Positions 45,243-53,268 of a DNA stretch of 53,268 nucleotides are shown here, piece by piece; position 1 is the first letter of the stretch; each line of letters starts with the position of its first letter. The notes under the pieces are model-generated. The model was not told the origin of the DNA, searched no databases, and was given only the letters and a program-made list of their open reading frames with translations. The DNA comes from Candidatus Pacearchaeota archaeon (GTDB lineage: Archaea > Nanobdellota > Nanobdellia > Pacearchaeales > GW2011-AR1): contig JAFCGC010000002.1 in the NCBI GenBank assembly GCA_017608305.1, positions 1-53,268 on the forward strand, given 5' to 3'. A program made the position numbers and the translations under genes.

Positions 45243-47579
45243 ATGCCACAGCATAATACTAAGCAGGTCGAAGAAAAATGGAGGAATTTTTGGGAAAAAG
45301 AGAAAATCTACAAATTTGATCCTAAATCAGTCTCTGGAACAAAGTCCCAGGACTCATCCTCAAAACGAGAACGAAACAAAAAACCTTTTTCTATAGATAC
45401 TCCTCCCCCTTATGTTTCTGGAACAATGCATATTGGCCATGCATTTTCTTATTCTCAGCAAGATTTTATAGTTAGATTTTACAGAATGTTTACTGGAAAT
45501 GTATTTTATCCTTTTGGAACAGATGATAATGGTTTACCTACAGAAAGATATGTTGAGAAAATAAATAAAATTAAAAGTAAGAGTATGTCTAGGGCTAAGT
45601 TTATTGAGCTTTGTTTAAAAACTCTTAAGAAGATAACTCCTGATTTTATTAATGGGTATAAGGATTTGGGAATAAGCGCAGATTATAATGTTTATTATTC
45701 TACAATTGACAAAAATACTCAAAAAGTTTCTCAAAAAGCATTTATTGATTTATACAATAAAAAACTAGCTTATAAAAAAGAATTTCCTACTATTTGGTGC
45801 CCTGAATGCCAGACAACTATTGCTCAGGCAGAATTAGAAGATAAAGAATTTGAAGGAATTTTTTCAACACTTAAATTTTCTTGTAATGGAAAGAATTTAC
45901 TAATAGCTACTACAAGACCTGAATTACTTGGAGCATGTGTTGCTATTTTTGTTCATCCTGATGATAAGAGATATAAGGGTTTGATTGGGAAATTTGCAAA
46001 AGTTCCTATTTTTGATTATGAAGTTCCAGTCATAGGAGATAAATCAGCTGATCCTGAAAAAGGAACAGGGGCTATGATGGTTTGTAGTTATGGAGATAAA
46101 TATGATGTTGATGCAATTAATAGACATAAATTAAGTCCTAGGATTATTTTTGATAAAAAAGGAATTATTAAACAAGGAGAATACAAAGGATTGAAAATTA
46201 AACAAGCGAGAAAGAAAATACTTGAAGATTTAAAGAAAAATAATTTGATTAAAGAACAAAAAAAGATTTCTCATGTTGTTAATGTTCATGACAAATGTGG
46301 TACAGAAATTGAATTTTTGCCAACAGAACAATGGTTTATTAAAATTTTGGATAATAAAAAAACTTGGATTTCCCAGGGCAAAAAGATTAATTGGTATCCT
46401 AAATACATGTATCAGAGATATGTTAATTGGGTTAATGGTTTAGAATGGGATTGGAGTATTTCAAGGGAAAGACATTTTGGAATCCCTATTCCTGTTTGGT
46501 ATTGCGAAAAATGTAAGGAGATTATTTTGGCCAAAGAAAGTGACTTGCCTGTTGATCCTTTACAAACTAAGAAAATATGTAGCAAGTGTAAGCAAGAGGC
46601 TAAAGGAGAAGAAAAAGTTCTTGATACTTGGGCAACCTCTAGTTTAACTCCTCAAATATCTAGTTCATTAATTAATACGAGGTTTGGTGTTCCTTTTTCT
46701 TTAAGGCCTCAGGCTCATGATATTATTAGGACTTGGGCTTTCTACACAATTGTAAGGAGTTATTTACATGAGAAAAAATTACCTTGGAATAATATAATGA
46801 TTTCGGGCTATACTAAATTAGAAGGACAAAAAATGTCAAAGTCTAAAGGAACAGGTATTGATCCTAAAAAACTTTTACAAGAATATGGGGCAGATGCTTT
46901 GAGATTTTGGGCTGCAGGAGCTAGTTTAGGAAGTGATGTTAATTACCAAGAACAAGATTTAGTTGCCGGTAAAAGATTTATCAATAAGTTGTTTAACGCT
47001 TCTAGATTTGTTTTTATGAATTTAGTTGATTATAAACCAAAAAAGCTTAAATTAATTGAAACAGATAGATTATTTTTATCCAGATTAAATGGTTTGGTTG
47101 ATATATGTACTAAAAGTTTTAAAGAGTATGAATATAGTAAAGTGAAATTAGAAGCAGGGAATTTCTTTTGGAATTGTTTTTGCGCTAATTACTTAGAGCT
47201 TATTAAAAAAAGAGTTTATAATGGGACTAAACAAGAAAAAGAATCTGCTTTTTTTACTTTATATAATTCTTTATTGGTCTTATTGAAATTAATGTCTCCC
47301 ATAATTCCTTTTATTACAGAAGAAATTTATCAAGAACATTTTAGAAAAAATGAAAAATTTAAATCTATTCATGTTTCTAATTGGCCTGGAAAAATAAAAA
47401 TCAAGGAAAATAAAGATGATAAAAAAATCTTTGAGGAATTAATCAGATTTAATAGTTTTGTTTGGAAAAAGAAAAAACAAGCTGGAAAAACACTTAAAGA
47501 TGAAATTTCTGGAATTAAAATTCCTAAACCTCTAGCAAAAATTAAAAAGGATTTAGTAGATACTCATAATATAAAATGA
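45243..47579 (+). CDS. valS: Valyl-tRNA synthetase
   Basis: IDTPPP, HIGH, DWSISR.R.FG, LDTWATS, KMSKS. Confidence 0.96.
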   Translation: MPQHNTKQVEEKWRNFWEKEKIYKFDPKSVSGTKSQDSSSKRERNKKPFSIDTPPPYVSGTMHIGHAFSYSQQDFIVRFYRMFTGNVFYPFGTDDNGLPTERYVEKINKIKSKSMSRAKFIELCLKTLKKITPDFINGYKDLGISADYNVYYSTIDKNTQKVSQKAFIDLYNKKLAYKKEFPTIWCPECQTTIAQAELEDKEFEGIFSTLKFSCNGKNLLIATTRPELLGACVAIFVHPDDKRYKGLIGKFAKVPIFDYEVPVIGDKSADPEKGTGAMMVCSYGDKYDVDAINRHKLSPRIIFDKKGIIKQGEYKGLKIKQARKKILEDLKKNNLIKEQKKISHVVNVHDKCGTEIEFLPTEQWFIKILDNKKTWISQGKKINWYPKYMYQRYVNWVNGLEWDWSISRERHFGIPIPVWYCEKCKEIILAKESDLPVDPLQTKKICSKCKQEAKGEEKVLDTWATSSLTPQISSSLINTRFGVPFSLRPQAHDIIRTWAFYTIVRSYLHEKKLPWNNIMISGYTKLEGQKMSKSKGTGIDPKKLLQEYGADALRFWAAGASLGSDVNYQEQDLVAGKRFINKLFNASRFVFMNLVDYKPKKLKLIETDRLFLSRLNGLVDICTKSFKEYEYSKVKLEAGNFFWNCFCANYLELIKKRVYNGTKQEKESAFFTLYNSLLVLLKLMSPIIPFITEEIYQEHFRKNEKFKSIHVSNWPGKIKIKENKDDKKIFEELIRFNSFVWKKKKQAGKTLKDEISGIKIPKPLAKIKKDLVDTHNIK

Positions 47580-48658
47580 TCACAAAAGATGAACTAGAAG
47601 AGCTTATTGAAGAACTTGAAAATTATAAGGGCAGACATACAGAGCTGATAACTGTTTATATTTCAGAAGGTTATGATGTGAATAGTGTGCAAAAGCAGTT
47701 AGAGGCAGAAAAGAGTACTGCTAAGAACATTAAGTCTACTGCTACAAGGAAAAATGTTATTGATGCTCTTGAAAAGATTATTCGGCATTTAAAGACCTTG
47801 AAAAAAACACCTAAAAATGGGCTGGCTCTTTTTGCTGGAAATGTTTCTAAAACAGAAGGTCAGCAAGATTTACAATTATGGCCTATTGAACCTCCAATGC
47901 CTTTGAAAATTAGAATTTATAGGTGTGATAAAGAATTTGTTTTAGACGCTTTAAGAGAAATGCTTGAAGTTGATGAGATTTTTGCTTTATTGGTTATGGA
48001 TAGAAAAGAAGCAACTATTGGGTTATTAGAGGGAAAAAGAATTGAACTCTTGCATAAAATGACTTCGGGTATTCCGAGTAAGGTGAGGGCGGGTGGTCAA
48101 TCCTCTCAAAGATTTCATAGAATCACAGAGGGATTAACTAAAGATTTTTACAAGAGAATTGCAGAAGAAATGAAAAAAAGTTTTTTTGAAAATAAAAAAC
48201 TTAAGGGAATTTTGGTTGGAGGGCCTATTCCTACAAAAGATGAGTTTTTAGATAATGATTATCTAGCTACAAAACTAAAAGAAAAAGTTTTAGGGAGAAT
48301 TGATTTAGGAGATACAAGCGAGTCTGGATTAAGGGATCTTGTTGAAAAGTCTCAAGATATTTTAGCTTCACAAGAAATTATTCATGAGAAAAAAGTTTTA
48401 GAAAAGTTTTTTGAGACTTTGGGTGAAAATCCTGGAAAAGCGGTTTATGAAGAGACAAATTTAAGAACAGCTTTACAATATGGTGCTGTTGAAACTCTTT
48501 TCTTATCTAAAGAAACAGATAAAAAACTTGCAAAAGAATTAACAAAACTTGCAAAAGATACAGGAGCAAATATCGAAATTATTTCTACAGAAACTACAGA
48601 AGGAGATCAATTTAAAAAACTCTCTGGAATTGGTGCTTTATTGAGGTTTATGGTTTAA
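47576..48658 (+). CDS. prf1: Peptide chain release factor aRF1
   Basis: NIKS, YRCD, GGQS. Confidence 0.95.
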   Translation: MITKDELEELIEELENYKGRHTELITVYISEGYDVNSVQKQLEAEKSTAKNIKSTATRKNVIDALEKIIRHLKTLKKTPKNGLALFAGNVSKTEGQQDLQLWPIEPPMPLKIRIYRCDKEFVLDALREMLEVDEIFALLVMDRKEATIGLLEGKRIELLHKMTSGIPSKVRAGGQSSQRFHRITEGLTKDFYKRIAEEMKKSFFENKKLKGILVGGPIPTKDEFLDNDYLATKLKEKVLGRIDLGDTSESGLRDLVEKSQDILASQEIIHEKKVLEKFFETLGENPGKAVYEETNLRTALQYGAVETLFLSKETDKKLAKELTKLAKDTGANIEIISTETTEGDQFKKLSGIGALLRFMV

Positions 48659-48659
48659 G

Positions 48660-49190
48660 ATGCCAGAGATGACAAGCAAAACTGCTAATGAAATTGATGA
48701 AGGTAAAATTAAAGAAAACATGAAAAAGTTAGAGGCCATATTTTTTGTTTCTGGAAGATTTTTGAATATGCAAGATTTTGTTGCTCTTTCTGACTTAAAT
48801 CCTATTGTTATTCAAGAGGTTTTGGAAAAATTAAAAGAAAAATATGATAAAGAAGATTCTGCATTGCAAATTATTGAAAAATCTGGCATGTGGAAAATGG
48901 ATGTTAGGCCCGAATATTCAGACATTATCAATAAATTGGCTACAGGTAATGCTGAGTTTTCAAAAGGAGAGCAAGAAACTCTAGCAATAATTGCATTTAA
49001 ACACCCTATAAAACAATCTGTTATTATTAAAATAAGAGGGACTAAAGCTTATGACCATATTAAAAAATTTGTTGATTTAGGACTAATAAAGAAGAAAAAA
49101 ATGGGCCATACTTCTGAGTTGAGCCTTAGTGATGAGTTTTATGACTATTTTAATGTACAAGAGTCCAATAATCCTTTTAAAGAGAATTAG
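48660..49190 (+). CDS. scpB: Segregation/condensation protein B
   Basis: LEAIFF, ETLAIIA...PI.QS...KIRG. Confidence 0.9.
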   Translation: MPEMTSKTANEIDEGKIKENMKKLEAIFFVSGRFLNMQDFVALSDLNPIVIQEVLEKLKEKYDKEDSALQIIEKSGMWKMDVRPEYSDIINKLATGNAEFSKGEQETLAIIAFKHPIKQSVIIKIRGTKAYDHIKKFVDLGLIKKKKMGHTSELSLSDEFYDYFNVQESNNPFKEN

Positions 49191-49224
49191 AAAGTTTTTT
49201 TAATTCTTTTTTCTATGAATTTAA

Positions 49225-49954
49225 ATGAGGAAAAATAATTGGGGGTTTTTATTAGTTTTTTTGATCTTGCTTTTTTTATTTTTAATTCCTGTTTTGTCTT
49301 TTCCTAAGAATGAAGAAGCTTGTTTTATCTTTAACTTTTGATGATGGGTTAAATTCCCATTATGAAATTGTTTATCCTTTGCTTAAAGAAAAGAATTTTG
49401 GGGCAACATTTTTTATTGTTGTAGATTTAGAAAAAGACCCTCTTGGTAGAGAATTAATGTCTTCTTCTCAAATCCAAGATCTTGCAAATTCTGGTTTTGA
49501 AATTGGAAGTCATACTGTAACTCATCCTTTTTTGACTCAATTAACTGAGAAAGAAATTGAAGAAGAATTTAAGAAATCAAAACAAATTTTAGAAGACAAT
49601 TATGGTGTTATTGTTAGTTCTGTAGCATTTCCTTATGGAAATTATAATGATAAAGTAATCAATATAGCAAAAAAATATTATTTAACTGGGAGAATTATTT
49701 ATAATCAGAGGCCAGTTGGGTTTTTACTTAATACAGTTGGAATAAACAAAACTAGTGATGTTGATTCTATTTGTAAGTACATGGATGAAGCTAAAGAAAA
49801 AAAATCTTGGGTAATATTGGTTTTTCACGATATTTCTGATTCTCCTGGAGTTTGGGATACTTCTATTGATTCTTTTAAAGAAATTCTGAAATGTGCAGAG
49901 AAAGTAGGTATTCGTGTTGATTCAGTTTCCGGATGTAGAGAAATTATCTCCTAA
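49225..49954 (+). CDS. Polysaccharide deacetylase (NodB/CE4); signal-anchor coding region out of frame with the catalytic ORF (49310-49954)
   Basis: LTFDDG, EIGSHT.TH, AFPYG, FHD; upstream frame reads MRKNNWGFLLVFLILLFLFLIPVLSFPKNEEAC. Confidence 0.85.
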
Positions 49955-50007
49955 ATGCTTAAATATAAGCTTTTTTTCTCAGATTAATCTTTAAAATAGG
50001 AGATAAG

Positions 50008-51243
50008 ATGGTGGAATTTGTTACCGCAGTATATTTGTCTTTAATGTTTATTTCAATATATATGGTTTCTTTTTTTATTATTTTGACAACTCGAAATAGG
50101 AAAAGACTTTTTGCATATCCTAAACCTAATTCGATTTATAGTGTGACTGTGATTGTTCCAGCTTATAATGAAGAAGATAGTATTAAGGAAACAATTGAAA
50201 ATGTTTTTGCTTCAAATTATCCTAAAAATAAATTACAAGTGATTGCAGTAAATGATGGAAGTGTTGATAATACAAAAAAAATAATCAAGGATTTATTAAA
50301 GAAATATAAGAATTTAAAATTATTAGATAAAAAAAATACAGGAAAAGCTGATTCTATTAATCAAGCAATTAAAATTGCAAAAGGAGAGTTAGTTGCTGTT
50401 ACTGATGCTGATAGTTTTCCTTCTAAAGAATCTTTGAAAAAACTCACAGGTTATTTTGACAATCCTTTAATGGCGGCAGTTACTTCTTTTGTTAGTGTTA
50501 GAAATAAAGAGGGAAATTTGTATGGTAAGGTTCAGGCCTTAGAATATATGATTATGGGGTGGAATAGAAAACTCTTGGATTTTATTGATAGTGTTTATGT
50601 GACTAATGGTCCTTTGAGTCTTTATAGGAAAAAATTTGTTTTAGGAGTAGGGGGTTTTGATCCTAAATCTATTACAGAAGATATTGATATTACTTGGAAT
50701 TTGCTTGCGCATGGTTATAAGACTGGAATGTGTTTAGATGCTCGTGTTTCTACTGTTGTTCCAACTAGTTTTAAAAAATGGTTTAGGCAGAGAGTTAGAT
50801 GGGGTATTGGAGGTATTCAGGCTTTAAAGAAATATAAAAAGAAATTTTTGAGAAAAGGTATGTTTGGAAGATTTGTCATGCCTTTTGTTTTGTTGAGTAT
50901 TGTTTTGAGTATTGCGGGTTTTGCATTTTCTAGTTACATTGTTGGAAAATCTATTGCAGCTAGAATTCTAACAATAGGATATTCTATTGCATCTGATATT
51001 TCTCTTTTTCATACACAAGATCTTAATTTAATCCCTTCTGTGATGATTTTTTATTTTATTGTTTTGTTTTTTACTTCTTCAATTTATTATAGATATGTTT
51101 TAACTAAAACAAAATTTTATGATAAGCTTACCTTAGGAAGGTTTTTGAACCTTGCTTTTTATATGTTGGTGTTCCTTGCATTTTACCCAATAATTTGGTA
51201 TGGAACACTATATAGATATTATAAAAAAGATTTTGCATGGTAA
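50008..51243 (+). CDS. Processive GT2 glycosyltransferase (PgaC/IcaA-like)
   Basis: PAYNEE, NDGS.D, DAD, TED, QRVRW; N- and C-terminal TMs. Confidence 0.9.
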   Translation: MVEFVTAVYLSLMFISIYMVSFFIILTTRNRKRLFAYPKPNSIYSVTVIVPAYNEEDSIKETIENVFASNYPKNKLQVIAVNDGSVDNTKKIIKDLLKKYKNLKLLDKKNTGKADSINQAIKIAKGELVAVTDADSFPSKESLKKLTGYFDNPLMAAVTSFVSVRNKEGNLYGKVQALEYMIMGWNRKLLDFIDSVYVTNGPLSLYRKKFVLGVGGFDPKSITEDIDITWNLLAHGYKTGMCLDARVSTVVPTSFKKWFRQRVRWGIGGIQALKKYKKKFLRKGMFGRFVMPFVLLSIVLSIAGFAFSSYIVGKSIAARILTIGYSIASDISLFHTQDLNLIPSVMIFYFIVLFFTSSIYYRYVLTKTKFYDKLTLGRFLNLAFYMLVFLAFYPIIWYGTLYRYYKKDFAW

Positions 51244-51245
51244 AT

Positions 51246-51310
51246 GAACCTTTTAGAAACTGGAATTAGAAATTCCGTTAAAGACGTTTTAGAAAAACGC
51301 CTAAAGGTTC
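51246..51310. repeat. Multi-hairpin element
   Basis: gaaccttt/aaaggttc outer stem enclosing ggaatt-aga-aattcc and cgtttt-aga-aaaacg. Confidence 0.7.
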
Positions 51311-51320
51311 CCAAACCAGA

Positions 51321-51995
51321 ATGAGAAAAATAAAAATGACAAATAAGAATAAACATGTATTTTGGCAGGCACTCTTAATAGCTTTGCTTGTTTTTTGGTT
51401 GGGCATTTTAATTGGTATTTATTTTGAAAAATCAAGAGTAGAACAATTACAGGATTTTTATTTTAATATTGAGACAGATATTTTTGATATGGAACTGGCT
51501 TCTGATATTGTTTATGGATTTAATATGGATTGTGATCAAATTGATGATAGGAGCCTTGTTTTTGCTGATAATATTTATTGGCAGGCTAGAAAATTAGAAA
51601 AATATGATAATTCTAATAAAATTACCGCAGAATTAATTTCTCTACATAGGAGATATGATTTATTGAGAACTTTGCTTTGGAAAAAGATAATTGATCATGA
51701 GAATAGTTGCGAGAAAAAAATTAATACAGTTATTTATCTTTATCAATATGACAATCCTTCTTTAACCACTAAAGCGACTCAAGGTACAATGAGTAGCCTT
51801 TTGCTTGATCTTAAGGAAGAATATGGAGACAAAGTTGTTTTAATTCCTATTGCTGTTGATACAGGTGTAGAGTCTTTAGATGTTTTGGGGGATTATTATG
51901 GATTAGATAATTATCCTGTTGTTTTTATAAATGAAAAATATAAATTTGAGACAATTGATTCTTTAGTAGGAGTTAGAGAAGTATTATTAAACTAA
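51321..51995 (+). CDS. Membrane-anchored protein with thioredoxin-like C-terminal domain
   Basis: N-terminal TM; YGLDNYPVVFIN cis-Pro loop. Confidence 0.65.
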   Translation: MRKIKMTNKNKHVFWQALLIALLVFWLGILIGIYFEKSRVEQLQDFYFNIETDIFDMELASDIVYGFNMDCDQIDDRSLVFADNIYWQARKLEKYDNSNKITAELISLHRRYDLLRTLLWKKIIDHENSCEKKINTVIYLYQYDNPSLTTKATQGTMSSLLLDLKEEYGDKVVLIPIAVDTGVESLDVLGDYYGLDNYPVVFINEKYKFETIDSLVGVREVLLN

Positions 51996-52044
51996 TATTT
52001 TGAACAATACAAATATTAAAAAATAGATAAATCTGTATGGTTTT

Positions 52045-52800
52045 ATGGTGGAGGAGTGTTTTAAGTGTGGAATTTCAGAAGAAAAAGTTCGTTTATTTGA
52101 TGCTATTTCTGAAAAAGGAATTGTGAAAATCTGTAAAGAATGTTCTCAGTTAGAAGATATGCCTGTAATTAATAAACCAACAACTTTGCAGCTTAAAGAA
52201 TCTGAAGCTAAAGCACAAAGTAAAAGTGTTTATGAGCGACTATCTAAGATGTCTGGATTTGATCCTAAAAACTATGTTGTAAATAATGGAGGTTTACCCC
52301 AACAAGATGTGAGTTTAAGGGACCTTGTAGATAAGAATTTTGAGAGAGAGGTTAAAGAAAAAATAGAGCCCCGAGAAGATTTAATTCATAATTTTCATTG
52401 GGTTATTATGAGGGCTAGGAGAAGTAAAAAACTTACAAGAGAACAACTTGCAAGAGAAATTGCAGAGGCAGTATCAGCTGTTAAGATGGCTGAACAGGGA
52501 ATCCTTCCTGAAGATGATTATAAATTAATTAATAAATTAGAAGCTTTTTTAGGAATTAAAATCAGAAAAGCTGAAGCTATTCCTCAGCTAGAAGATAAAG
52601 AAAAAGATCTTAGCTTTGATCCTATGGCCACCAAGACCATTACAATTTCTGATCTTAAGAAAATAAAAGAAGAGAAAAATGGGGGGTTGTTTGATAAGTC
52701 TGAAGAAGTGCCTGTTCCTGAAGAAGAATTAGAGATTGAAGATGAAGAAGAGGACCGGTTGTCTGATGAAGAGTTTGATGATTTAATTTGGAAAAAGTAA
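52045..52800 (+). CDS. MBF1-like protein (Zn ribbon plus HTH) with acidic tail
   Basis: CFKCG...CKEC; RARR...LTREQLA..I.E...EQG..P. Confidence 0.75.
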   Translation: MVEECFKCGISEEKVRLFDAISEKGIVKICKECSQLEDMPVINKPTTLQLKESEAKAQSKSVYERLSKMSGFDPKNYVVNNGGLPQQDVSLRDLVDKNFEREVKEKIEPREDLIHNFHWVIMRARRSKKLTREQLAREIAEAVSAVKMAEQGILPEDDYKLINKLEAFLGIKIRKAEAIPQLEDKEKDLSFDPMATKTITISDLKKIKEEKNGGLFDKSEEVPVPEEELEIEDEEEDRLSDEEFDDLIWKK

Positions 52801-52831
52801 GGTTTATAAATCATGTTAAAGAATTCTTATT

Positions 52832-53095
52832 ATGGAAATTAATGTTTTACAAAACTCAAAAGAAGAAATTGAAATTGGAGTAGGAAGTTTAACAATTGTG
52901 GAGATTCTGAAAGTATATCTTAATAAAGATTCTAGTGTGGTTTTTGCTGCTTGGAAAAGAGACCACCCCACTGAAATGCCTGTGCTTAAAGTTAAGACTA
53001 AAGAAAAAACAGCAAAAAAAGCAGTTAATGATGCTATTAATGCCATTACAAAAGATCTTGATAAAGTTGAAAGTGATTTTAAGAAATTAAAGTAA
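52832..53095 (+). CDS. rpoL: DNA-directed RNA polymerase subunit L (Rpo11)
   Basis: T...L...L..D..V.FAAW..DHP pattern, 87 aa. Confidence 0.8.
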   Translation: MEINVLQNSKEEIEIGVGSLTIVEILKVYLNKDSSVVFAAWKRDHPTEMPVLKVKTKEKTAKKAVNDAINAITKDLDKVESDFKKLK

Positions 53096-53268
53096 ATTTT
53101 TCTTATTTGAAATGACACTTGATGATAAAACAATAGATTTATTTGAAAAATTATTTAAATGCTAGCAAGAAATCTGTTTGTTTTAACTGACAGATGAATT
53201 GCGTTATATTTTTAGTTCTTAGAATATTATAGAGGTTAGGTTAGATACTAACCTCTTTGAAAGTCCTA

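Noticed and set aside
521-53133. Numerous short ORF-track entries antisense to or overlapping strong genes (e.g. 521-778, 6932-7381, 26751-27218, 32061-32417, 52816-53133)
   Set aside because: Shadow frames of well-supported genes, with no motifs.
53231-53256. agaggttag/ctaacctct inverted repeat at the window end
   Set aside because: Context is truncated; it cannot be assigned to a gene or element.
1-53268. CRISPR array, rRNA, integrase or transposase
   Set aside because: No regularly spaced repeats, rRNA-like segment or recombinase motifs seen.

Overview
AT-rich chromosomal segment of a reduced archaeon, most consistent with DPANN/Nanobdellota (Pacearchaeota/Woesearchaeota-like; inferred from gene content and style). 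Core genes: proS (partial), gatD, gatE, aspS, asnS, split metG, valS, aRF1, aIF-1A, aIF-2beta, Dim2, taw3, rpl15e, NAC, Sec61beta, ftsZ, minD, scpB, mcm, RPA, DNA ligase, TBP, rpoL and uppS. There are three tRNAs: Arg-TCG, intron-containing Asn-GTT and Ile-GAT. Short ORFans with their own TATA-like promoters lie between the core genes. Most notable: (1) a ~70-nt structured 5' leader, present twice, before htrA and rubrerythrin; it has a covarying stem, a potential pseudoknot and a hairpin that overlaps the GGAGG ribosome-binding site, making it a candidate new archaeal cis-regulatory RNA. (2) Duplicated 3' ends of gatE, aspS and asnS next to accessory DNA, including a chimeric phosphoesterase/AsnRS mini-ORF within a cluster of nucleotidyltransferases and nucleotide hydrolases. 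(3) Small multi-hairpin or fold-back insertions in intergenic DNA, a tRNA intron, a tRNA leader and in frame in ValRS. (4) An amber-interrupted LAGLIDADG gene overlapping tRNA-Arg. (5) Several accessory genes broken by stops or single-base indels while core genes are intact. All calls are by eye; no searches were run.
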